Source: Escherichia coli phage vB_EcoM_Shy
Sequence record: MT833282.1
DNA: 64,000 nucleotides
Reading direction: 5' to 3' (one strand)
In this document: positions 6,453-16,534 of the stretch, one piece after another
Position numbering within the stretch: position 1 is the stretch's first letter
How the letters are laid out: each line of letters opens with the position of its first letter
Made by a program: the position numbers and the translations under genes
The notes under the pieces: model-generated
What the model was told of the DNA's origin: nothing
Seen by the model: only the letters and a program-made list of their open reading frames with translations
The model's database searches: none

Positions 6453-7187
6453 ATGAAAGAGATGACAGAACAAGGTAAGGAGATTTTTAGTCTCTTAAAA
6501 ACCGGTAGAGGGTTTTCTAATCCCCTTATTACTGGTGCAGCAGTTCTCGGTGGAACCGTAGCTGCCTCTACATCACTTGTAAGCTCTATTAGCTCTGTAA
6601 CAGACCCTACAATAAAGGATAAACTTGTTGCTGCTGGACTTACAACAGTTCTGCTTAACAGCTTTACAACGAGTCTGACAAGCACTACATCGACTACTAA
6701 AACGCTGACAGATTATGGTCAAAAGTCTATTGATGAGTTTTCATCACGTATGCAGGTAGCAAAAGGATATTCCAATGTTATGGGTGCAGCAGGAGAACAA
6801 GTCGGTTGTACGCCATTTAGTGGTATTATGGGCGTTGCTACAGAGTATGGTCAAAAAGCTATTGATACGATTAACAGTGCATTAGACGGTGTTAATGATG
6901 TATTAAGTGACTTACAAGACGCTATTGACAAAGGTCTTGATACTATTTCTGATTTAGCTAACCAAGCTGTTAGTAAGATTAATGAAGGTATCTCGAAGAT
7001 TACAGCTTATGCAGATGAAGTTGTGCAGATGATTGAAGAAGAAGCTGCCCTTATTGCAGAGTACCTTAAAACGAATATCAATGGGTTCTTAGCAGGTATC
7101 TTACCAGACTGGTTTGATGATGCTTGTAAAACTGGTGTAATTGATACTATTGCAACACCAGAAATGAAGAACGCATTACAGAAATAA
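6453..7187 (+). CDS. hypothetical protein (Ser/Thr-rich N-terminal half)
   Basis: ORF-track ORF 6390-7187 trimmed to the first ATG after tRNA-Phe, with RBS aaagg upstream. Confidence 0.55.
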   Translation: MKEMTEQGKEIFSLLKTGRGFSNPLITGAAVLGGTVAASTSLVSSISSVTDPTIKDKLVAAGLTTVLLNSFTTSLTSTTSTTKTLTDYGQKSIDEFSSRMQVAKGYSNVMGAAGEQVGCTPFSGIMGVATEYGQKAIDTINSALDGVNDVLSDLQDAIDKGLDTISDLANQAVSKINEGISKITAYADEVVQMIEEEAALIAEYLKTNINGFLAGILPDWFDDACKTGVIDTIATPEMKNALQK

Positions 7188-7188
7188 T

Positions 7189-7281
7189 GGAAGATTAACC
7201 CTAAAAGGTAAGGGAGCAGTTTGCTAAACTGCCAGTAGCTGAGAAATCGGTGTACCAGTTCAAGTCTGGTATCTTCCTCCA
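7189..7281 (+). tRNA. tRNA-Ser(GCT), long variable arm
   Basis: 93 nt; anticodon stem-loop gcagt-ttgctaa-actgc, long variable arm, T arm accag-ttcaagt-ctggt, CCA; starts 2 nt after the preceding stop codon. Confidence 0.65.
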
Positions 7282-7285
7282 ATTT

Positions 7286-7361
7286 GAATCCGTGACAGAA
7301 ATGGCTATGTACCTGTCTGCAAAACAGGTTTATAAGGGTTCGAGTCCCTTCGGATTCTCCA
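7286..7361 (+). tRNA. tRNA-Cys(GCA)
   Basis: acceptor gaatccg/cggattc, anticodon stem-loop cctgt-ctgcaaa-acagg, T arm aaggg-ttcgagt-ccctt, CCA. Confidence 0.7.
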
Positions 7362-7398
7362 AGTTATTTTACTCTCTCTCAATTAAAATAATAATAAT

Positions 7399-7458
7399 GC
7401 CCTGCTATAAGTATTCTTCCTTTCGCTACCGAAGAGTATTTTTAGACAGGGCTTTTTT
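7399..7458 (+). terminator. rho-independent terminator closing the tRNA array
   Basis: gccctg ... cagggc stem with nested hairpin, followed by tttttt. Confidence 0.5.
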
Positions 7459-7583
7459 ACAGAGTTATACTTTATAAGAAGACTTATACAGTATGTCTCT
7501 GACGTACATTGTGGTTTCTCCTTGACGGTCTCTGTACCGTCTTTTTTAAGGAGAAACATGGTTAATTATTTGGAGAAAACATA

Positions 7584-7784
7584 ATGAGCGAGACCGTTTA
7601 TAAAGAACTTTATGAAGCTAATAAGAAGCTAGAATTTATGCAGAATACTATCATGGCAATTGCAGATAGATTGTCTGTAGCAACAGGTATTGATATCAAA
7701 GAAGCCTCTATGGATGCACTTCTTGATGCTGTTGATGCAAAGTTCGAAGTTAAGAAAGAAGAGACTGCTACAGACTCTGAATAA
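7584..7784 (+). CDS. hypothetical small protein upstream of terminase
   Basis: 66-aa ORF with RBS ggaga 8 nt upstream. Confidence 0.5.
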   Translation: MSETVYKELYEANKKLEFMQNTIMAIADRLSVATGIDIKEASMDALLDAVDAKFEVKKEETATDSE

Positions 7785-7805
7785 TTCTATTTGCGGAGGT
7801 GCTTA

Positions 7806-9407
7806 ATGGACTTAAATGCTGTTAAGCAGAAGCGAGTGGAAGATGTTAGGAAAGTCCTAGCTGGAGAGTTGGGGCTTTCTGATGAAGTAAAAGAAATTAT
7901 CAAATCATTCGGTAAAGACCCCTCTAAATTCCTTCCAACTCAAATTCTGACTTTATTAAGATACACACCAGACCAAGTTAGACTTATCTTCAAATTGATG
8001 ACTGATAAGAACTATGTAGCCCCTCAGCCGGGTTCTCAAGAGGTCTTTTTAAATACTAATGCTGACTTGGTTCTCTATGGTGGTGCTGCTGGTGCTGGTA
8101 AAACTGCTGCATTGTTAATGGACTCTTTAAGATTTATTGAAGACCCTAACTATAACGCTGTATATTTCCGTAGAAATACAACACAGTTACAAGGTGGTTT
8201 ATGGCCTGCTGCAAAGAAACTATTTGGTAAGTTTGGTGGGGTTCCTCACGAGCAGAAGATGACTATCACATTCCCTTCTGGGGCAACTATCAAGTTCACC
8301 TACCTAGAACTTGAAAAGCACGCTGAAGGTCATCAGGGTATTGAATACTCAGCTATCTACTTTGATGAAGGTACACACTTCTCTGCTTCACAGATTTCAT
8401 ACCTACAGACCCGTCTACGTTCTGGTGCTGAAGGTGACTCATACATGAAGATTTCTATGAACCCAGATAGAGACCACTTCATTTATGATTGGGTAGAACC
8501 CTTCTTAGATGAAGAAGGTTACCCAGACCCTGAGAAGTGCGGTCGTATTCGTTGGTATGTTATGAATGATGGTGTGATGGTTTCTGATTGGGAAAGAGAC
8601 AAGATTCTTGAAATGTTCCCTCTTGAGATTCCTCAGACATACACCTTCATCTCTGGTACGATTGATGATAACCCAATTCTTGACTTCTTAGAACCTAAAT
8701 ATCGTGGTAAGTTGGAAAACAACACACCTGTAAACGTTGCAAGACTTCGTTTCGGTAACTGGAAGGCTCGTGCAGAAGGTTCAAACTATTGGCAAAGACA
8801 ATGGTGTGAGATTGTTGATTCACTCCCAGAAGATGTGTTTGATGTCAGAGCATGGGACTTAGCAGCAACTTTACCATCTGAGATTAACCCTAATCCAGAC
8901 TGGACAGCGGGTGTTAAGATGGGTAAATCTAAAAAAGACGGTTGCTATTATATCATTGATGTAGTAAGATTTAGAGATAGACCCTCTGGAGTCGAAACAC
9001 AAATTAATTTGACTGCTGAAAGTGACGGTAAGCGAACTGGTATTTTTATCCCTCAAGACCCAGGCGCTGCTGGTAAATCCTATGCAACATCCCTCATCAG
9101 GAAACTTGCCGAGAAAGGTTATCGCGCAAGAGCTAAACCAACAAATAAAGATAAAGTTACCCGCTTTGCGGGATTTTCTGCTGCTTCTGAAGCTGGACTT
9201 GTAAAAGTCTTGAGAGGTAGCTGGAACGAAGCTTACTTCCAAGAACTTGAAGGTTTTTGTGGTGATGGCAAAACTAAAGATGACCAAGTGGATGCTACCA
9301 GTGATGCTTTCAACAGTCTTAATGAAGTTAAATTATTCAAGCCACCATCAATGGGTGCTCACACAGACTTAGTGAGAGGAAACCCATACGAGGGGCTTAG
9401 ACGTTGA
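7806..9407 (+). CDS. terminase large subunit
   Basis: Walker A P-loop YGGAAGAGKT; start moved to ATG 7806 after RBS ggagg (ORF track used TTG at 7791); synteny with portal. Confidence 0.85.
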   Translation: MDLNAVKQKRVEDVRKVLAGELGLSDEVKEIIKSFGKDPSKFLPTQILTLLRYTPDQVRLIFKLMTDKNYVAPQPGSQEVFLNTNADLVLYGGAAGAGKTAALLMDSLRFIEDPNYNAVYFRRNTTQLQGGLWPAAKKLFGKFGGVPHEQKMTITFPSGATIKFTYLELEKHAEGHQGIEYSAIYFDEGTHFSASQISYLQTRLRSGAEGDSYMKISMNPDRDHFIYDWVEPFLDEEGYPDPEKCGRIRWYVMNDGVMVSDWERDKILEMFPLEIPQTYTFISGTIDDNPILDFLEPKYRGKLENNTPVNVARLRFGNWKARAEGSNYWQRQWCEIVDSLPEDVFDVRAWDLAATLPSEINPNPDWTAGVKMGKSKKDGCYYIIDVVRFRDRPSGVETQINLTAESDGKRTGIFIPQDPGAAGKSYATSLIRKLAEKGYRARAKPTNKDKVTRFAGFSAASEAGLVKVLRGSWNEAYFQELEGFCGDGKTKDDQVDATSDAFNSLNEVKLFKPPSMGAHTDLVRGNPYEGLRR

Positions 9408-9423
9408 TAGCTAGGTGAGAAGA

Positions 9424-10890
9424 ATGGCAGAAATTACAGAAACACAAGAAAGCTTACCACCATTTAGAATGGGTGAAGTAGGCTCTTTGGGTCTGAAGGT
9501 TAAGAATGGTAGAATCTATGAAGAACCTCGTCAGGCACTAAGGTTCCCTGAAAGTATTAAAACTTTCCAATTAATGATGCGTGACCCTGCTGTAGCAGCA
9601 TCTGTAAATATTATTAAGATGTTTGTCAGAAAAGTCAACTGGAGATTCGTACCTCCAAAGGGAAAAGAGCAAGACCCTAAAATGCTTGAAAGAGCAGACT
9701 TCTTTAATTCTTTAATGGATGACATGGAGCATGATTGGGCAGATTTTATTAACTCTGTAATGTCATTCTGCACTTATGGGTTCTGTGTTAACGAAAAGGT
9801 TTATAAGAAACGTCAGGGTAAAAAAGGAAAGTATCAGTCAAAATTTGATGATGGTCTAATTGGGTGGGCTAAATTACCAATCAGAAATCAATCAACGCTT
9901 GATAAGTGGTATTTTGACGAAGACTTTAGAAAAGTTACTGGTGTTAGACAAAATCTAAGAAATGTTTCACATATTGCTGGAGCAATTAATCTTGGGGAAA
10001 GACCACTAACAAGAAAACTTCCACGAGCTAAATTCATGCTGTTTAAGTATGATGATGAGTATGGTAACCCAGAAGGTCGTTCACCATTACTTAATGCTTA
10101 TGTACCGTGGAAGTATAAAGTACAGATTGAAGAGTATGAAGCTGTTGGTGTTTCAAGAGACTTAGTAGGTATGCCAAAGATTGGTTTACCACCAGATTAT
10201 CTGGATGAAAATGCAGAACCTGAAAAGAAAGCTTTCGTACAATACTGCAAAACTGTTGTTAATGATATGATTGCTAACGACAGAGCAGGTTTAATCTGGC
10301 CTAGATATATCGACCCAGATACTAAAGAGGATATTTTTGAGTTCTCATTAGTTTCTAGACAGGGTGCTAAAGCGTATGACACAGGTTCTATCATTGACAG
10401 ATATTCCAAGCAGATTATGATGGCATTTATGTCAGATGTTCTTGCTATGGGCCAATCAAAATATGGTTCATTCTCTCTTGCAGATTCTAAGACAAGCTTA
10501 TTAGCAATGTCAGTAGATATTCTGCTGAAGCAAATTAAGAACGTAATTAACCGTGACTTAGTTGCACAGACTTATGCTCTTAATATGTGGGATGATGAAG
10601 AACATGTACAAATCACATATGATGATATCGAAACTCCAGACCTTGAAGCAATTGGTTCTTATATTCAGAAGACTGTTGCAGTAGGTGCTTTGGAAGTTGA
10701 CAAAGAGCTATCTAATAAACTTAGAGAGCATATTGGTCTTCCTCCTGCTGATGAGTCTCAGCCAGTATCTGAAAAGCTTTCTCCAAATAGCCAAAGCCGT
10801 TCAGGAGATGGTTATAAGACCGCTGGAGAAGGTACTGCAAAGACACCTTCAGCGAAAGACCCAAGCACAGCAAATAAGGCAAATAAATAA
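9424..10890 (+). CDS. portal protein
   Basis: about 490-aa ORF immediately after terminase; ATG 9424 after RBS aggtgagaag; position and size typical of portal. Confidence 0.75.
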   Translation: MAEITETQESLPPFRMGEVGSLGLKVKNGRIYEEPRQALRFPESIKTFQLMMRDPAVAASVNIIKMFVRKVNWRFVPPKGKEQDPKMLERADFFNSLMDDMEHDWADFINSVMSFCTYGFCVNEKVYKKRQGKKGKYQSKFDDGLIGWAKLPIRNQSTLDKWYFDEDFRKVTGVRQNLRNVSHIAGAINLGERPLTRKLPRAKFMLFKYDDEYGNPEGRSPLLNAYVPWKYKVQIEEYEAVGVSRDLVGMPKIGLPPDYLDENAEPEKKAFVQYCKTVVNDMIANDRAGLIWPRYIDPDTKEDIFEFSLVSRQGAKAYDTGSIIDRYSKQIMMAFMSDVLAMGQSKYGSFSLADSKTSLLAMSVDILLKQIKNVINRDLVAQTYALNMWDDEEHVQITYDDIETPDLEAIGSYIQKTVAVGALEVDKELSNKLREHIGLPPADESQPVSEKLSPNSQSRSGDGYKTAGEGTAKTPSAKDPSTANKANK

Positions 10891-11390
10891 TGGCTGAAGT
10901 TATCTCTATTTCAAATGCTACACGAGTGCATTCGTATAGAGGTGTCCTTATCATTACTGATAAGCTATCTGTAGAGGCTGGCTCAAGGGTCAGTCTTTCA
11001 GGTTATGTTAGTGATGGTGGAATCTCTGACGTTTTCACTATTTGTAGGTTACTTGATGCACCAATGAGTGGAAAACCGTTTATTTCAGGAAATTGTAGTG
11101 AAATTGTTAAAATTCCATTTGACAGTTCATGCCTTTTGGGTGTAAAGTTATATAACTGCGAGAATAAACGTATCAATGTTAATAGCATTGAAGCCGCTTT
11201 CATTACCCTCGACACTGCATTTCAATCTCCAATGACAGTTAATAAAGAAACAAACAGACTTGAATACATTTTTTCACAAAATGATTACAAAGTACTTGTC
11301 AAAGGTAAAGTATATGATATGATTGTAAATGTGGTAGATGAATCTGGTAACCATTCAACAGTCCTTAAACAAAAAGTAAGGTTTAATTAA
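10890..11390 (+). CDS. hypothetical head-module protein
   Basis: 166-aa ORF, start overlaps portal stop. Confidence 0.55.
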   Translation: MAEVISISNATRVHSYRGVLIITDKLSVEAGSRVSLSGYVSDGGISDVFTICRLLDAPMSGKPFISGNCSEIVKIPFDSSCLLGVKLYNCENKRINVNSIEAAFITLDTAFQSPMTVNKETNRLEYIFSQNDYKVLVKGKVYDMIVNVVDESGNHSTVLKQKVRFN

Positions 11391-11722
11391 TGGGAACATT
11401 AACTATTGATGGTAAGAATAAAATCCTCGCCACGCTAACCCCAACGACTATTATTTTACACAATGTAGACCCAACGGCAGACCCTACAGCAAATAAGGTT
11501 ACTCAGCCAGTGGCTATTTATTTTTCTGAACCGGATAATGGCTTAATTGCCTCAGAAGACACAGTTAATATTACTGTTCCAGCTTCTGCAACGGTCTCAC
11601 ACTATAGCTTGTGGGATGCTAACGATAAATGCGTGGCAACTGGTGCTCTTAGCAAACCTCAATTCTTTGCTGAAGAAGGTATCTATGTTATCTCTTCAGT
11701 CTCTGTAGATTTAAACAAATAG
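11390..11722 (+). CDS. hypothetical head-module protein
   Basis: 110-aa ORF, ATGA start/stop overlap. Confidence 0.55.
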   Translation: MGTLTIDGKNKILATLTPTTIILHNVDPTADPTANKVTQPVAIYFSEPDNGLIASEDTVNITVPASATVSHYSLWDANDKCVATGALSKPQFFAEEGIYVISSVSVDLNK

Positions 11723-11733
11723 GGTGAGTAAAA

Positions 11734-13080
11734 ATGAGTTCGAATATCTTCAGACTTGCTGATAGATTATTCAACCAACCTTTACTAGCCACTGAATCAT
11801 TAGCTCACTCAGCAGCAACTTATGTGAATAACAGATTGCTGGGTGATGTCCAAGCAGCAGTAAACTTTGATAACCCAAAAGGTGATGCAAGAAGTCTTTT
11901 AAAAGTAAAAGATGACATTGCTATTATCCCTATTATGGGTGGTTTAACTCATCGTATGACATTCATTGATGCAATGTGTACAGGTGGTCTAAGCTCTTAT
12001 GAAGGTTTACGTAGAGGCTTTGACGAAGCTTTAGCAGATGAGTCAATCAAGACTATTGTTCTGCATATTGATTCTGGTGGTGGTGAAGCTTCAGGTTGCT
12101 TTGAATTAGCACGTCACATTATGGCTTCAAGAGGCCAAAAGAAAATTATTGCTTATGTAGATGAGTTCGCTTGTTCCGCTGCATATGCCCTTGCATCTTC
12201 TGCTGAAGAAATTATTGCATCACCAGATGCAGATGTTGGTTCTATTGGTGTAATCATGGTTCATCAGGAATTAACTAAGGCATTTGAAAAGAATGGCGTA
12301 ACAATTAACGTCATCAAAGCTGGTGAGTTTAAAGGTATGGGTTCGCCATTCCAAGCACTTTCAGAAGAAAGCAAAGAAAGACTTCAAAAGAGAATTAATG
12401 ATACCTACGCAACCTTTACAGGTTTTGTAGCTGAATCTCGTAATCTCTCTGAAGAAGCTGTAAAGAATACTGAGGCGAATGTTTATTCTGCTCAGGAAGC
12501 TCTTGAACTTGGTTTAATTAATTCAATCATGTCTCAAGATGATTTCTTAAATTACTTACAAGGTTCTGAAGAGGCTCCTGTAAGTTTAAACGTTAACAAT
12601 TCAGGTGAAGAAATGACTGAACAAGAAAAGCAAGAACTAGAAGCTTTGCGTCTTCAGGTTGCTCAAATGAAAGCTAAAGAACAGGAAGCTGCTTTGTCAG
12701 ATTTGACTAATAAGATTTCTGCTTCTGCTGAAGCTTTTGGATTTGATGCAAAAGAAGCTGCAACGACTATTTTAGGTGCTGGTCTTGATAACCCTCTGAG
12801 CGTTCTGTTTATGAATGCTATGGAAGGTGCTAACCAGAAACTTAATGAAACTATCGCGTCCCATGCTTCTGCAATGGAAGAAAAAGAATCAGAAATTACC
12901 AAGCTGAAAGAAACTGCTGGTGCTGTTCTTGAACATTCCAACGCTATGGAAGAAGTGGGTAATGACGGCGAAGCTGATTTAGTTGAAGAAGAAAAAGAAC
13001 CAGCTAAGAATGCTTCCGAAGACACCGCTGAACAACGCAAACTGGCTCTCCAGAATGCTCTAAAATCTCTTATCAAATAA
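11734..13080 (+). CDS. prohead protease (S49/ClpP-like) fused to scaffold-like C-terminal domain
   Basis: S49-like core IVLHIDSGGGEASG...VDEFACSAAYALA; acidic coiled-coil C-terminal half as in lambda C/Nu3. Confidence 0.8.
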   Translation: MSSNIFRLADRLFNQPLLATESLAHSAATYVNNRLLGDVQAAVNFDNPKGDARSLLKVKDDIAIIPIMGGLTHRMTFIDAMCTGGLSSYEGLRRGFDEALADESIKTIVLHIDSGGGEASGCFELARHIMASRGQKKIIAYVDEFACSAAYALASSAEEIIASPDADVGSIGVIMVHQELTKAFEKNGVTINVIKAGEFKGMGSPFQALSEESKERLQKRINDTYATFTGFVAESRNLSEEAVKNTEANVYSAQEALELGLINSIMSQDDFLNYLQGSEEAPVSLNVNNSGEEMTEQEKQELEALRLQVAQMKAKEQEAALSDLTNKISASAEAFGFDAKEAATTILGAGLDNPLSVLFMNAMEGANQKLNETIASHASAMEEKESEITKLKETAGAVLEHSNAMEEVGNDGEADLVEEEKEPAKNASEDTAEQRKLALQNALKSLIK

Positions 13081-13091
13081 GGAACACAATA

Positions 13092-13469
13092 ATGGCATAT
13101 CAAGGTTTTACTAAGTTAGGTAAAAGAGAACCTCTGAATGATATCATTCTTTGGGAACAGGTTACCCCAACAGGCCACTCTCGTAAAGAGTACACCCCAC
13201 AGGCATCTACAGAATATCGTGTAGGTGATGTTCTGAAGGCAGACGGTACTAAAGTTACAGCAGGGCAAGAAGCTCAGGCTGATTCGGTATGTATCGTTAA
13301 CTTCTATGCAGACCTGCAACTGTCTTACCACGGTCAGTTGAAAGTTGTTGGTATTTACCGCGACGCAGAACTAAAAGACCTGCTTACTCTTGAGTCAGGT
13401 GTTGATGCTGCCGCAGTCAAGACAGCTCTGGCTGCTAAAGGTATCGATTTCGTACCAACTGGCCTGTAA
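13092..13469 (+). CDS. putative head decoration protein
   Basis: 125-aa ORF between protease/scaffold and major capsid, the lambda gpD position. Confidence 0.45.
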   Translation: MAYQGFTKLGKREPLNDIILWEQVTPTGHSRKEYTPQASTEYRVGDVLKADGTKVTAGQEAQADSVCIVNFYADLQLSYHGQLKVVGIYRDAELKDLLTLESGVDAAAVKTALAAKGIDFVPTGL

Positions 13470-13502
13470 TAACAATAATAAGACATTCTGGAGAATTTTA
13501 CA

Positions 13503-14609
13503 ATGTTGACTAATTCTGAAAAAAGCAGATTTTTCCTTGCTGACCTGACTGGTGAAGTCCAGTCTATCCCAAATACTTATGGGTATATTTCCAACTTAGG
13601 TCTGTTCCGTTCAGCACCAATCACCCAAACTACTTTCCTTATGGATTTGACTGATTGGGATGTTAGCTTGCTTGATGCGGTAGACCGTGATAGCCGTAAA
13701 GCAGAGACTAGCGCACCTGAGCGTGTTCGTCAAATCAGCTTCCCAATGATGTACTTCAAAGAAGTTGAAAGCATTACTCCTGATGAAATTCAGGGTGTAC
13801 GTCAGCCAGGCACTGCAAACGAACTGACTACTGAAGCTGTAGTACGTGCTAAGAAGCTGATGAAGATTCGTACCAAGTTCGATATTACTCGTGAGTTCCT
13901 GTTTATGCAAGCTCTGAAGGGTAAAGTTGTTGATGCTCGTGGTACTCTGTATGCTGACCTGTACAAGCAGTTCGACGTTGAGAAGAAGACTGTTTACTTC
14001 GACCTTGACAACCCTAATGCTGACATCGACGCTTCTATTGAAGAACTGCGTATGCACATGGAAGACGAAGCTAAGACTGGCACTGTAATCAACGGTGAAG
14101 AAATTCACGTAGTTGTTGACCGTGTATTCTTCAGCAAGCTGACTAAACACCCTAAGATTCGTGATGCCTATCTTGCACAGCAGACCCCACTGGCTTGGCA
14201 ACAGATTACTGGTTCTCTGAGAACTGGTGGTACTGACGGCGTTCAGGCTCACATGAACACTTTCTACTACGGTGGTGTTAAGTTTGTCCAGTACAACGGT
14301 AAGTTCAAAGACAAGCGTGGTAAGGTTCATACTCTGGTGAGCATTGATGGTGCTGGTGCAGAGGTTGGTGTAGGACACGCTTTCCCTAACGTTTCTATGC
14401 TGGGTGAAGCAAACAACATCTTCGAAGTGGCTTATGGCCCATGCCCTAAGATGGGTTACGCAAATACACTTGGTCAGGAACTGTATGTATTCGAATACGA
14501 AAAAGACCGTGATGAAGGTATTGACTTCGAAGCTCACTCTTACATGCTGCCATACTGTACTCGTCCTCAGTTGCTGGTAGACGTTCGTTCTGACGCTAAA
14601 GACGAATAA
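13503..14609 (+). CDS. major capsid protein (lambda gpE-like)
   Basis: 368-aa ORF in capsid position with strong RBS; size and module order as lambda E. Confidence 0.8.
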   Translation: MLTNSEKSRFFLADLTGEVQSIPNTYGYISNLGLFRSAPITQTTFLMDLTDWDVSLLDAVDRDSRKAETSAPERVRQISFPMMYFKEVESITPDEIQGVRQPGTANELTTEAVVRAKKLMKIRTKFDITREFLFMQALKGKVVDARGTLYADLYKQFDVEKKTVYFDLDNPNADIDASIEELRMHMEDEAKTGTVINGEEIHVVVDRVFFSKLTKHPKIRDAYLAQQTPLAWQQITGSLRTGGTDGVQAHMNTFYYGGVKFVQYNGKFKDKRGKVHTLVSIDGAGAEVGVGHAFPNVSMLGEANNIFEVAYGPCPKMGYANTLGQELYVFEYEKDRDEGIDFEAHSYMLPYCTRPQLLVDVRSDAKDE

Positions 14610-14630
14610 TATTCTTAAGGAGGGTTATGA

Positions 14631-15080
14631 ATGTGTTATACAGGCGACCCAGCCAATAACCCTCTTGATAGAGTAAGAATCCTCTGCACAGACACCAATA
14701 ATGATGAAATTCTTATTGAACAGTCTGTGCTAGAGTGGTTCTATCTAGAATCTGGAAAGGATGAAAAGAAAGCAGCCATCAAAGCTCTTAAATATTTACT
14801 CTTTCAAGTAGCCAAGATGGGAGATGAGAAGGTTGGTGGTGTTTATTTACGTAACTCTTCCAGATTCAAATCTCTGAAAGCTGTTTATGATGACCTTGTT
14901 AAAAGCTCTGTTTCAGGACTACCCTATGCAGGTGGTATTAACCAGTGCGATATTGATATGCGTCGTCAGAATCCTTGCTCTGTCAAGAAATACACAGAAT
15001 ATGGTGATGCTGCCAGATACGAAGGCAGAGATTACTGCAACCGTGTTAATGGCGTATTTATTATCGAGCGAGATGAATAA
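14631..15080 (+). CDS. hypothetical head-completion / head-tail joining protein
   Basis: 149-aa ORF with RBS aaggagg. Confidence 0.55.
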   Translation: MCYTGDPANNPLDRVRILCTDTNNDEILIEQSVLEWFYLESGKDEKKAAIKALKYLLFQVAKMGDEKVGGVYLRNSSRFKSLKAVYDDLVKSSVSGLPYAGGINQCDIDMRRQNPCSVKKYTEYGDAARYEGRDYCNRVNGVFIIERDE

Positions 15081-15562
15081 TGGTTAAAAGGGTTATTCAC
15101 CCCGCTAGAGCAAAATTAGTCGGGGCTATGAAGAACTTGCAAACGGCTAATGCTCAAGTTGGGTATTTTCAAGAACAAGGTCAACATAGCTCTGGTTTTT
15201 CTTATCCTGCTTTAATGTATTTGCAAGAAGTTATTGGGGTTCCCTCAGCTTCTGGTAAAGTATATCGTAGGTTGTTTGAAATCACTATGATGCTAAACAG
15301 ACAGACCTTGTTAGAGCAGACTAAGAAGAATCTATATAAGCAACTTAGCAGTCTCAACACAGACCCTTCAAATACCTTAGAAGCATTTGCAAAGAATGCT
15401 CAAAAGGCAATTAAAAGAGGTTTTGGTAATTCTGCTATCCTCCCTCCTAACGCACCTTCCACAGTCAAGAAAAAAGGCTTTAATGCACCTCTTGTTGAGA
15501 CAGGTGACTTAAGGGATAACCTTGCTTATAAAATTTCTACTAAGAAGGGTATTAAAAAATGA
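15080..15562 (+). CDS. hypothetical head-tail joining protein
   Basis: 160-aa ORF, overlapping start/stop. Confidence 0.55.
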   Translation: MVKRVIHPARAKLVGAMKNLQTANAQVGYFQEQGQHSSGFSYPALMYLQEVIGVPSASGKVYRRLFEITMMLNRQTLLEQTKKNLYKQLSSLNTDPSNTLEAFAKNAQKAIKRGFGNSAILPPNAPSTVKKKGFNAPLVETGDLRDNLAYKISTKKGIKK

Positions 15563-15960
15563 GACTCTTAAACAGACACAGCTTTGTAGTAAAGCGCAAA
15601 GCCTCTGAAGATGGTTATTACAATGATGATGGTGATTGGGTAGCTTCACAAGATATTGTAGAGGTTAACTGTAAAGGTAATATCCAGCCATATATCAAAG
15701 GTTCTGTAAAGAATGGTACACAGATTGCTTTACCGGAAGGTATCAGACTTACCGATACAAGAATCCTGTATACTACATATAAACTTAGAACTTCAGATGA
15801 TGTAGAGTGGAATGAGTCTGACATTGTTATGATTGATGGTCATGAGTATGAAGTATTTATGACTATGGATTGGTCACAGCAATTAGCCCATACGTCCCAT
15901 TATGAATATATCATTATTAGAAGGGATAAAATGAATGCAGTTAGAAACAGCAGAACTTGA
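15559..15960 (+). CDS. hypothetical head-tail joining protein
   Basis: 133-aa ORF, overlapping start/stop. Confidence 0.55.
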   Translation: MRLLNRHSFVVKRKASEDGYYNDDGDWVASQDIVEVNCKGNIQPYIKGSVKNGTQIALPEGIRLTDTRILYTTYKLRTSDDVEWNESDIVMIDGHEYEVFMTMDWSQQLAHTSHYEYIIIRRDKMNAVRNSRT

Positions 15961-16534
15961 AAAAGGTCTAGTTAGAACCTTAGTGGATGTTATTGGTCAC
16001 AGACTAGCTCGTGATAAAAATAATAGACCAAATGTAATTAGAGCTTACCCTTCTGATAACTCAAATGACAAAGGTTTAAAACCTGACCAGCCATTTATTA
16101 CCGTATATTGTCAAGACGCTGCAACACCTTATGGTTGGGTTCTTGATAAGTTTGTTGAGGATGATGTAGTTTGCTACAGAATTGCTTTTCAGATTCCAGT
16201 ATTAATTACGGTAAATGGTAAAGGTGCTCACAGTATTATGCTTGAGCTTAAACAACGATTAGAGATGAGTTCAGTCAGAGATTTAATTCTTGAAGAGACA
16301 GGAGCTACAGTTTTAGACACTGGAGCTATCCCAAATGACTACACTTATCTTAATACAGATTTCGAAAATTCTGCACCTCTTGTTGTAACTCTTGTAAAAA
16401 ATTCAGTCCTGAAAGATGAACGTGGAAGTATTATTGAGCGTGTCATTGTTGATGGTGAATTAGTTTACGAAGAAGGACAAGAGCCACCAGAATATACTAT
16501 CCATCTAGATGTAGACTCCAAAGGGGTAAAATAA
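15935..16534 (+). CDS. hypothetical tail completion protein
   Basis: 199-aa ORF. Confidence 0.55.
   Translation: MQLETAELEKGLVRTLVDVIGHRLARDKNNRPNVIRAYPSDNSNDKGLKPDQPFITVYCQDAATPYGWVLDKFVEDDVVCYRIAFQIPVLITVNGKGAHSIMLELKQRLEMSSVRDLILEETGATVLDTGAIPNDYTYLNTDFENSAPLVVTLVKNSVLKDERGSIIERVIVDGELVYEEGQEPPEYTIHLDVDSKGVK

Noticed and set aside
7791-7805. TTG start for terminase large subunit
   Set aside because: An ATG at 7806 is preceded by a GGAGG ribosome-binding site at the right spacing; the TTG extension is unnecessary.
13611-14537. 308-aa minus-strand ORF antisense to the major capsid gene
   Set aside because: Entirely embedded antisense in a well-supported capsid gene; low-complexity Ser/Val/Leu-rich translation typical of antisense frames.
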